From Eledone cirrhosa (Eukaryota), in NCBI GenBank assembly GCA_964016885.1, contig OZ024744.1:106826001-106890000 (forward strand): a stretch of DNA of 64,000 bases, given 5' to 3'. A program made the position numbers and the translations under genes. The notes beneath the pieces were generated by a model. That model was not told the DNA's origin. It did no database searches and saw only the letters and a list, made by a program, of their open reading frames with translations. Below are positions 1 through 10,800 of this stretch, one piece after another; the stretch's first letter is position 1, and every line of letters starts with the position of its first letter.

Positions 1-320
1 ATAAACAACATAAGGCAATTATTTCATTTACCAGTGGTTTATATTTTTTCTTAGAATTATTTGTGTGTGTGCGTATGTAGGTGTGTGTACATATATCTAT
101 ATTTGTGTATACGTATGTATGCGTGTATATATGTGTGTATGTATGTGTGTGTATGTGTATATACGTATGATTATGTCTATGTATGTATATATATATATGA
201 TTATATAATCATACATATATATGTATGTGTATATATATATAGATGTATATATATATACATATACATATACATACATACACACATATATATCAACATATCC
301 TAACATACACATACACACAA

Positions 321-361
<41 letters not shown>

Positions 362-607
362 CATGTGTGTGTGTTTGTGTATGTATGGATATGTTGATAT
401 ATATGTATGTGTATTTGTACATGTATGTATATGTATATATATATATATGTGTATATATGTATGTATATATATATATGTATATATATATGTGTGTGTGTGT
501 GTGCATGTGTGTTTATTTTTCCTTTCCTTCTTCCTTTTCCAGCCTCATTTTCATATAGATTATATTTTTGTTTTTAAAATCCAATGTCAATAAATACACC
601 AGGATTT

Positions 608-668
608 TTTCATTTTGACGATTGAAAGCAAAATTTGTTTCCTTTCAAGAAACCACTGGTAAATGAAA
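608..668 (+). ncRNA. Type I hammerhead ribozyme motif (C3>U variant)
   Basis: TTTCATT-TTGACGA-TTGAAAG/CTTTCAA-GAA-ACCA C TGGT-A-AATGAAA. Stems I and II are perfect 7-bp helices; GUA triplet. Confidence 0.65.
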
Positions 669-776
669 TAATTGCCTTATGTTGTTTATTACATAACTAT
701 TAAGCTCTGTAACCTACATAGAGCACTCTTTTTTCCTGGACCTTTCCGATGGAATTACTTCATTTATATATGTATG

Positions 777-814
<38 letters not shown>

Positions 815-1432
815 TCATCCACCAACAGCATTTGCGATGAACTGGACACCTCTGCAGAATGGAGGATGATCGAATCCCAAAACAACTCTTGTATGGTGAG
901 CTTTGTGAGGATAAGAGACCACCTCATAAGCCAAGTCTCCAATTCAAGGGTTGTGTAAAGGACTTATTGAAAAAAACTGGTTTATATGGTGGCTGACTGG
1001 GAGATAGAAGCTCTTGAAAGAGAAACTTGGCGTGGAATGATGAATGATGGGGTCCATAATTTTGAGGACAGACGCATAGAGCACGAGAAGATCAAACGGG
1101 ATGTGTGTAAGCAATGCCCTGGTGTATCTCTCGAAACAATCGGTGTCTCCATTGAATTGAAAGGCGCTGAGTGTGGAAAAATTTGCTTGAGCAAATCTGG
1201 TCTTAGGAGCCACAGTCGCAGCCATGTTCAAAGAGAACCAGTGAACTATGATCTCCACGGTGTAGTGAGGGTTCACGGGCAACCTGATGCAGGACCTCAA
1301 GCCAAGGAGATCCATAGTTGTCGTCAATGTGTGAAGGAGTGCAAGTCTCTAGCAGGTTTGAAAAGCCATATCCGGGTGTCAAACATCTGAATGACAAGCG
1401 ATTGCAATACTCTTGGCAGAGTTTGCAGCCAT
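815..1432 (+). mobile_element. RTE-clade LINE 3' fragment with two C2H2-like zinc fingers
   Basis: TGHLCRMEDDRIPKQLLYGEL at about 840-903, then WEIEALERETWR, CGKICLSKSGLRSHSRSH and CRQCVKECKSLAGLKSH. Frameshifted. Confidence 0.75.
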
Positions 1433-1435
1433 CAT

Positions 1436-1484
<49 letters not shown>

Positions 1485-1547
1485 CACACATATATACCAC
1501 ATAAACATATATTTTATAAGAAATAAATAAAAATAGTTTAAACATAC

Positions 1548-1663
1548 ATGATATATGTAAATCACCGCAATCTAATATTTTCCGAACTGCTTCCAAACGA
1601 GTTCCATAAAACGCTGCATGCCATTTTTCAAACATGTTCAAATTGTGAGATTTACAAGGTGTC
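1548..1663 (-). CDS. NEURL4: NEURL4 exon (start of ADP-ribosyltransferase-like domain; last in window)
   Basis: TPCKSHNLNMFEKWHAAFYGTRLEAVRKILDCGDL. Acceptor gtttgcag, donor gtatgt; phase 2/1. Confidence 0.9.
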
Positions 1664-1844
1664 CTGCAAACAGAAAATCAGTAATAATGGTTTCTGATTT
1701 TAGGCACAAGACCAACAATTTTGGGGGAGAAAAGTCGATGAATCAGGTGATAGAGAACGATTGGACATAGAATTAGAAAACAATATCTATATATAAGCGT
1801 GGAACACGGACGTTAAACGTTGATGATGATGATGATGATGATGA

Positions 1845-1900
1845 TTTGTTCCTTGTCAAAAACCACTAGTTCACTAGTGGTTTTTGACAAGGAACAAATA
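1845..1900. repeat. Perfect short hairpin (about 27-bp arms)
   Basis: atttgttccttgtcaaaaaccactagt-tc-actagtggtttttgacaaggaacaaat. Confidence 0.9.
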
Positions 1901-1908
1901 TATATAGA

Positions 1909-2200
1909 TGTAGCCTGCTCCTTTGACACAAGGGCAAGAAAAGGAGAAGGAGAAAATTAACTGGTACTGAGATCTAAAGAGGGAACTGAAAAGGATCTGG
2001 GACTGTCATAAGATCAAGGTCTTCTGCATCATCTTAGGGACACTAGGAACTATCTTGAAGAGTTTCTAAGGCTGGTTAAAGAGCATTAGTCCAGCCCCCT
2101 TTTTTTTGGAACACTTCAAAAGACAAGCGTACTAGGAACAGCAAGGATCCTCTGATATGTCCTGAATATCTGACACTGCAGGTAGCGACTTGATGTTCAT
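1909..2200 (+). mobile_element. REL-endonuclease LINE (R4/NeSL/CRE-like) 3' remnant
   Basis: Degenerate VACSFDTR...KEKEKI..Y*DLKRELKRIWDC...IILGTLGT, the PD-(D/E)xK REL domain tail. Confidence 0.6.
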
Positions 2201-2261
2201 TACAGTAAATTTTACGGTTAAATAACATCAATGACTGAGATTTCAATGTATGATAATTATA

Positions 2262-3180
2262 GTTGTTTCTAATTTTGGCACAAGGCCAGCAATTATCTCA
2301 GTGCATTACTGGTACTTTATTTTATCAACCCTGTAAGGATGAAAGGTGAAGTTAACTGCGGCGGGATTTGAACTCAGACCGTAAAGGGCAGCAACTCTAT
2401 GCTCTAAAGCATGGTGTCTGACACTCTACCGATACTGTCAAATATTTCATCAAAGAAGTAGAAGACATTGTTTTAATTGGTAGAGTACAGATATTGAGAA
2501 GAAGCCTATCACTGAGAGAAAGATAATCATCTTTGTAAGTTATTTTACATAACTTAGATTATATTCCATAATTAGTTGTAAATAATTGAGTTCTCTTATA
2601 AGATTGAATATCATTCTGTTGTAAATATAACTTTAATCAGATAATGTATGTATAAAGCTAATGATATACTTGTAACTGTGTAAAGTGTGTGATGTGAACA
2701 GCCTGGTGTGTTTATTGGGGTGGGTGGTGTATGTAGTGAGTTTCTCTGCCTTGGGGGTCAGGAAGAAGACACTCGGCAAGAAATGGAAACAAAACTGAAG
2801 GGAAAGGAAAAACTTAATAATAATGGTTTCTTATCCCAGTGTATTACGGGTACTTTATTTTATCGACCCCGTAAGGATGAAAGGCAAAGTTAACCTCGGC
2901 AGGATTTGAACTTAGAACGCAAAGGGCCATAACTCTATGCTGCAAAGCATGGTGTCCGACGTTCTACCGATACTGTCAAACCACCGCCCTTAAATAATAA
3001 CGATAATAATAATAATAATTGTTTCTACTTTAGGCACAAGGCCAGCAATGTTTGGGGGGAAGGGAAAGTCGGCTAAATCGACCCCAGTGCATTACTGGTA
3101 TTTTATTTTATCAACCCTGTAACAATGAAAGGCAAATTTAACCTCAGCTGGATTTGAACTTAGACCGTAAAGGGCCATAA
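2262..3180 (-). mobile_element. Three copies of a tRNA-derived SINE with a Nin/Deu-like domain (about 2262-2441, 2823-2989, 3019-3180)
   Basis: Minus strand has a B box (gagttcaaatcc in the first copy, aagttcaaatcc in the others) and variants of gcctttcatccttacggggtcgataaaataaagtacc, shared with copies at 52919, 58225 and 62973. Confidence 0.8.
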
Positions 3181-3201
3181 ATAATAACAATGTGATCTTA
3201 C

Positions 3202-3340
3202 TTGAGTGAAAAACGACACCAGCCACAGGGTACAGCATATTCCTTTGGTGGATCCCCTCGTTTGTAATAAAGTTCATCTCCACGTATTTTATGACAAGTT
3301 TCGCAGTAACACATATTGTACTGCTTACAAAAGTAACCTT
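3202..3340 (-). CDS. NEURL4: NEURL4 exon (CYCxxC...RGDPP...GWCRF)
   Basis: EGYFCKQYNMCYCETCHKIRGDELYYKRGDPPKEYAVPCGWCRFSLK. Acceptor ttttcag, donor gtaaga; phase 1/2. Confidence 0.93.
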
Positions 3341-3443
3341 CTGAAAATACGCAAAGTTGAGAAAAATAAATAAATAAGAGCTTCAATGGAGGCATGGTAT
3401 TAATGTGTGTGAATGGCAAAATATGGGCGGAGTAAAAGTTTAC

Positions 3444-3548
3444 CTGGGATTGCTAATATAGCAAGGAGCCTGGAGCATATGTTCTGATATTCACAGTTAC
3501 ATATGATTGTTGGTTCATATGGTATCCTGGTCAGTTTCTCTTTTACCA
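3444..3548 (-). CDS. NEURL4: NEURL4 exon (Cys-rich region before the ART-like domain)
   Basis: Manual translation VKEKLTRIPYEPTIICNCEYQNICSRLLAILAIP. Acceptor cttttcag, donor gtaaac; phase 1/1. Confidence 0.88.
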
Positions 3549-4825
3549 CTGAAAAGAAATACAAAAAATTAAAACATTAAACAACATATGGCTGTGTTTG
3601 TGCATGCATGCATGCACACACAATGAAAGAAGAGAGGGATAAACAAATGTGAAAATCTTAGTTTGAGAATACTTAGAAGTGAGAGAAAGTCAGTTGATAA
3701 GGTTTCAGTCTACGTACTTCATCAGATGGTTAAGAAAGGAATAAAAGATTTAACAGACAGATACAGCATACATGAAATTAATTATAATAACTGCCTTGCT
3801 TTAACCAAGAAAATTTATATCAGGAATCTATGATCTCCTATGATACTTTACAACCCTGCTAACTATGTGACCAATATACTAATAGAATGAACACTGATTC
3901 TGAGGATGGTGCTGTGAAGGTCTCAAAACATTAATACATACATGAAGGAAACACAAAAAATCTTTAATATAACTAATCAAACTGTAGCATAATTATGTTT
4001 ACAATGAACACATAAATATATATATGTATGTATATCATCATCATCATAATCATCTAGCCTCCATTATGAAGCATTCTTCTGGTTGGTGAAAGGAAGGGCA
4101 TTCAGCTGTAGAAATCATGTCAAAAAGGGTTTGGATGACTCTTCAGTTGTGTCAAACAGACAACACCCTCTCTAAGTGTTGGTGGTCTACATGATAAATA
4201 TGTATGGTACACTCAGTAAGTTGGTTGGTGATAAGAAAGGTATCCAACTGTAGAAAACTTGCCAAACAAAAGGTTGGGAAGAATGTTCAGTTATATCAAA
4301 GAAGCGACAACCTTCCTAGTCATGGTACCACACTTGTAAGCAAGATGTGGGCGTTTGGTATGATCGAGCACATGGTAGAGTGTGGGAACATATGTAAGTG
4401 AAATATGGTTCCCAGACCATCTCAGAGCTCAGTAGCTTGGTCTGTGACAACCAGTCCAACTCTTGCTAGAAGGAGAGACAGATATTCAAAGATTATGATG
4501 ATGATGATGTTATATATATATATATATATATATACTAAGATTTTTTTCAACAAGCTGACGCGTATATGTATATATGTGCATTTGCATACATTTGTATGTA
4601 TGAGTATATAAATATAAAAATGCAAACACAGACACACTTACAAAAATACACTCACACACAGCGTAGCAAATGGAATGCCAGTCGTTGTTTTGCTATAGAT
4701 TTTTTACTATCCCTTTCCTTCCTTTTATGCACACACACACACACATTGTGTGACGGGCAGAAGTAGCTCAAATTTATATATAGATTGTACACACAAGTGT
4801 AGTGAATGTTAGACACTGTTGTTTG

Positions 4826-7800
4826 TCATCACCCCTTCCTTCCTCAGTCATCTCTAGTATGTGATGTCATCACCCCTTCCTCCCTCTATCTCTAGTATGT
4901 GACCTCATCACCCCTTCCTCCCTCAGTCATCTCTAGTATGTGACGTCATCATCCCTTCCTTCCTCAGTCATCTCTAGTGTGTGACGTCATCACCCCTTCC
5001 TTCCTCAGTCATCTCTAGTGTGTGACGTCATCACCCCTTCCTTCCACAGTCATCTCTAGTATGACGTCAACACCCCTTCCTTCCTCAGTCATCTCTAGTG
5101 TGTGACGTCATCACCCCTTCCTTCCTCAGTCATCTCTAGTGTGTGACGTCATCACCCCTTCCTTCCTCAGTCATCTCTAGTGTGACGTCATCACCCCTTC
5201 CTTCCACAGTCATCTCTAGTATGACGTCAACACCCCTTCCTTCCTCAGTCATCTCTCGTGTGTGACGTCATCACCCCTTCCTTCCTCAGTCATCTCTAGT
5301 GTGTGACGTCATCACCACTTCCTTCCTCAGTCATCTCTAGTGTGTGACGTCATCACCCCTTCCTTCCTCAGTCATCTCTAGTGTGTGATGTCATCACCCC
5401 TTCCTCCCTCTATCTCTAGTGTGTGACGTCATCACCCCTTCCTTCCTCAGTCATCTCTAGTATGACGTCATCACCCCTTCCTTCCTCAGTCATCTCTAGT
5501 GTGTGACGTCATCACCCCTTCCTTCCTCAGTCACCTCTAGTGTGTGACGTCATCACCCCTTCCTTCCTCAGTCATCTCTAGTGTGTGACGTCATCACCCC
5601 TTTCTTCCTCAGTCATCTCTAGTGTGTGATGTCATCACCCCTTCCTCCCTCTATCTCTAGTGTGTGACGTCATCACCCCTTCCTTCCTCAGTCATCTCTA
5701 GTGTGTCATGTCATCACCCCTTCCTTCCTCAGTCATCTCTAGTGTGTGACGTCATCACCCCTTCTTTCCTCAGTCATCTCTAGTGTGTGACGTCATCACC
5801 CCTTCCTTCCTCAGTCATCTCTAGTGTGTGATGTCATCACCCCTTCCTCCCTCTATCTCTAGTGTGTGACGTCATCACCGCTTCCTTCCTCAGTCATCTC
5901 TAGTGTCATGTCATCACCCCTTCCTTCCTCAGTCATCTCTAGTGTGACGTCATCACCCCTTCCTCCCTCAGTCATCTCTAGTGTGTGACGTCATCACCCC
6001 TTCCTTCCTCAGTCATCTCTAGTGTGTGATGTCATCACCCCTTCCTCCCTCTATCTCTAGTGTGTGACGTCATCACCCCTTCCTTCCTCAGTCATCTCTA
6101 GTATGACGTCATCACCCCTTCCTTCCTCAGTCATCTCTAGTGTGTGACGCCATCACCCCTTCCTTCCTCAGTCACCTCTAGTGTGTGACGTCATCACCCC
6201 TACCTTCCTCAGTCATCTCTAGTGTGTGACGTCATCACCCCTTCCTTCCTCAGTCATCTCTAGTGTGTGATGTCATCACCCCTTCCTCCCTCTATCTCTA
6301 GTGTGTGACGTCATCACCCCTTCCTTCCTCAGTCATCTCTAGTGTGTCATGTCATCACCCCTTCCTTCCTCAGTCATCTCTAGTGTGTGACGTCATCACC
6401 CCTTCCTTCCTCAGTCATCTCTAGTGTGTGACGTCATCACCCCTTCCTTCCTCAGTCATCTCTAGTGTGTGACGTCATCACCCCTTCCTTCCTCAGTCAT
6501 CTCTAGTGTGTCATGTCATCACCCCTTCCTTCCTCAGTCATCTCTAGTGTGACATCATCACCCCTTCCTCCCTCAGTCATCTCTAGTGTGTGACGTCATC
6601 ACCCCTTCCTTCCTCAGTCATCTCTAGTGTGTGACGTCATCACCCCTTCCTTCCTCAGTCATCTCTAGTGTGTGACGTCATCACCCCTTCCTTCCTCAGT
6701 CATCTCTAGTGTGTGATGTCATCACCCCTTCCTCCCTCTATCTCTAGTGTGTGACGTCATCACCCCTTCCTTCCTCAGTCATCTCTAGTGTGTGACGTCA
6801 TCACCCCTTCATTCCTCAGTCATCTCTAGTGTGTGATGTCATCACCCCTTCCTCCCTCTATCTCTAGTGTGTGACGTCATCACCCCTTCCTTCCTCGGTC
6901 ATCTGTAGTGTGTCATGTTATCACCCCTTCCTTCCTCAGTCATCACTAGTATGACGTCATCACCCCTTCCTTCCTCAGTCATCTCTAGTGTGTGACGCCA
7001 TCACCCCTTCCTTCCTCAGTCACCTCTAGTGTGTGACGTCATCACCCCTTCCTTCCTCAGTCATCTCTAGTGCGTGACGCCATCACCCCTTCCTTCCTCA
7101 GTCACCTCTAGTGTGTGACGTCATCACCCCTTCCTTCCTCAGTCACCTCTAGTGTGTGATGTCTTCACCCCTTCCTTCCTGAGTCACCTCTAGTGTGTGA
7201 CGTCATCACCCCTTCCTGCCTCAGTCATCTCTAGTGTGTCACACCATCACCCCTTCCTTCCTCAGTCATCTCTAGTGTGTGACGCCATCACCCCTTCTAT
7301 CCTCAGTCATCTCTAGTGTGTGACGTCATCACCCCTTCCTTCCTCAGTCATCTCTAGTGTGTCACACCATCACCCCTTCCTTCCTCAGTCATCTCTAGTG
7401 TGTGACGCCATCACCCCTTCCTTCCTCAGTCATCTCTAGTGTGACGTCATCACCCCTTCCTTCCTCAGTCACCTCTAGTGTGTGATGTCATCACCCCTTC
7501 CTTCCTCAGTCATCTCTAGTGTGTGATGTCATCACCCCTTCCTTCCTCAGTCATCTCTAGTGTGTGATGTCTTCAACCCTTCCTTCCCGAGTCATCTCTA
7601 GTGTGTGACGTCACCACCCCTTCCTTCCTCAGTCATCTCTAGTGTGTGACACCATCACCCCTTCCTTCCTCAGTCATCTCTAGTGTGTGACGCACCACCC
7701 CTTCCTTCCTCAGTCATCTCTAGTGTGTGACGTCATCACCCATTCCTCTCTCAGTCATCTCTAGTATGTGACGTCACCACCCCTTCCTCCCTCAGTAATC

Positions 7801-10800
7801 TCTAGTGTGTGACGTCATCACCCCTTCCTTCCTCAGTCATCTGTAGTGTGTGACGTCATCACCCCTTCCTCTCTCAGTCATCTCTAGTATGTGACGTCAC
7901 CACCCCTTCCTCCCTCAGTCATCTCTAGTGTGTGACGTCATCACCCCTTACTCCCTCAGTCATCTATAGTGTGTGACGTCATCACCCCTTTCTTCCTCAG
8001 TCATCTCTAGTGTGTCACACCATCACCCCTTCCTTCCTCAGTCATCTCTAGTGTGTGACGTCATCACCCCTTCCTTCCTGTCATCTCTTGTGTGTGACGT
8101 CATCACCCCTTCCTCCCTCAGTCATCTCTAGTGTGTGATGTCATCACCCCTTCCTTCCTCAGTCATCTCTAGTGTGTGACGTCATCACCCCTTCCTTCCT
8201 CAGTCATCTATAGTGTGTGACACCATCACCCCTTCCTTCCTCAGTCATATCTAGTGTGTGACGTCATCACCCCTTCATCCTCAGTCATCTCTAGTGTGTG
8301 ACACCATCACCCCTTCCTTCCTCAGTCATCTCTAGTGTGTGACGTCATCACCCCTTCTTTCCTCAGTCATCTCTAGTGTGTGACGTCATCACCCCTTCCC
8401 TCCTCAGTCATCTCTAGTGTGTGACACCATCACCCCTTCCTTCCTCAGTCATCTCTAGTGTGTGACGTCATCACCCCTTCCTTCCTCAGCCATCTCTAGT
8501 GTGTGACACCATCACCCCTTCCTTCCTCAGTCATATCTAGTGTGTGACGTCATCACCCCTTCATCCTCAGTCATCTCTAGTGTGTGACACCATCACCCCT
8601 TCCTTCCTCAGTCATCTCTAGTGTGTGACGTCATCACCCCTTCTTTCCTCAGTCATCTCTAGTGTGTGACGTCATCACCCCTTCCCTCCTCAGTCATCTC
8701 TAGTGTGTGACACCATCACCCCTTCCTTCCTCAGTCATCTCTAGTGTGTGACGTCATCACCCCTTCCTTCCTCAGCCATCTCTAGTGTGTGACACCATCA
8801 CCCCTTCCTTCCTCAGTCATATCTAGTGTGTGACGTCATCACCCCTTCATCCTCAGTCATCTCTAGTGTGTGACACCATCACCCCTTCCTTCCTCAGTCA
8901 TCTCTAGTGTGTGACGTCATCACCCCTTCATCCTCAGTCATCTCTAGTGTGTGACACCATCACCCCTTCCTTCCTCAGTCATCTCTAGTGTGTGACGTCA
9001 TCACCCCTTCTTTCCTCAGTCATCTCTAGTGTGTGACGTCATCACCCCTTCCCTCCTCAGTCATCTCTAGGGTGTGACACCATCACCCCTTCCTTCCTCA
9101 GTCATCTCTAGTGTGTGACGTCATCACCCCTTCCTTCCTCAGCCATCTCTAGTGTGTGACACCATCACCCCTTCCTTCCTCAGTCATATCTAGTGTGTGA
9201 TGTCATCACCCCTTCCTCCCTCTATCTCTAGTGTGTGACGTCATCACCCCTTCCTTCCTCAGTCATCTCTAGTGTGTGACGTCATCACCCCTTCATTCCT
9301 CAGTCATCTCTAGTGTGTGATGTCATCACCCCTTCCTCCCTCTATCTCTAGTGTGTGACGTCATCACCCCTTCCTTCCTCGGTCATCTCTAGTGTGTCAT
9401 GTCATCACCCCTTCCTTCCTCAGTCATCACTAGTATGACGTCATCACCCCTTCCTTCCTCAGTCATCTCTAGTGTGTGACGCCATCACCCCTTCCTTCCT
9501 CAGTCACCTCTAGTGTGTGACGTCATCACCCCTTCCTTCCTCAGTCATCTCTAGTGCGTGACGCCATCACCCCTTCCTTCCTCAGTCACCTCTAGTGTGT
9601 GACGTCATCACCCCTTCCTTCCTCAGTCACCTCTAGTGTGTGATGTCTTCACCCCTTCCTTCCTGAGTCACCTCTAGTGTGTGACGTCATCACCCCTTCC
9701 TTCCTCAGTCATCTCTAGTGTGTCACACCATCACCCCTTCCGTCCTCAGTCATCTCTAGTGTGTGACGCCATCACCCCTTCTATCCTCAGTCATCTCTAG
9801 TGTGTGACGTCATCACCCCTTCCTTCCTCAGTCATCTCTAGTGTGTCACACCATCACCCCTTCCTTCCTCAGTCATCTCTAGTGTGTGACGCCATCACCC
9901 CTTCCTTCCTCAGTCATCTCTAGTGTGACGTCATCACCCCTTCCTTCCTCAGTCACCTCTAGTGTGTGATGTCATCACCCCTTCCTTCCTCAGTCATCTC
10001 TAGTGTGTGATGTCTTCAACCCTTCCTTCCCGAGTCATCTCTAGTGTGTGACGTCACCACCCCTTCCTTCCTCAGTCATCTCTAGTGTGTGACACCATCA
10101 CCCCTTCCTTCCTCAGTCATCTCTAGTGTGTGACGCACCACCCCTTCCTTCCTCAGTCATCTCTAGTGTGTGACGTCATCACCCATTCTTCTCTCAGTCA
10201 TCTCTAGTATGTGACGTCACCACCCCTTCCTCCCTCAGTCATCTCTAGTGTGTGACGTCATCACCCCTTCCTGCCTCAGTCATCTCTAGTGTGTGACGTC
10301 ACCACCCATTCCTTCCTCAGTCATCTCTAGTGTGTGACGCACCACCCCTTCCTTCCTCAGTCATCTGTAGTGTGTGACGTCATCACCCCTTCCTCTCTCA
10401 GTCATCTCTAGTATGTGACGTCACCACCCCTTCCTCCCTCAGTCATCTCTAGTGTGTGACGTCATCACCCCTTACTCCCTCAGTCATCTATAGTGTGTGA
10501 CGTCATCACCCCTTTCTTCCTCAGTCATCTTTAGTGTGTCACACCATCACCCCTTCCTTCCTCAGTCATCTCTAGTGTGTGACGTCATCAACCCTTCCTT
10601 CCTGTCATCTCTTGTGTGTGACGTCATCACCCCTTCCTCCCTCAGTCATCTCTAGTGTGTGACGTCATCACCCCTTCCTTCCTCAGTCATCTCTAGTGTG
10701 TGACGTCATCACCCCTTCCTTCCTCAGTCATCTATAGTGTGTGACACCATCACCCCTTCCTTCCTCAGTCATATCTAGTGTGTGACGTCATCACCCCTTC

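Noticed and set aside
61-593. Tyr/Ile/Val/Cys-rich ORFs
   Set aside because: Translations of (TA)n and (TG)n microsatellites.
986-1390. Possible host C2H2 zinc-finger gene
   Set aside because: Contiguous with RTE ORF C-terminal motifs and frameshifted, so it is part of a LINE.
3690-3730. Minus-strand CTGATGA-AGT..ACT-GAAAC; similar weak candidates at about 56392 (+) and 62290 (-)
   Set aside because: Stems I and III or the core are broken; at most decayed relics.
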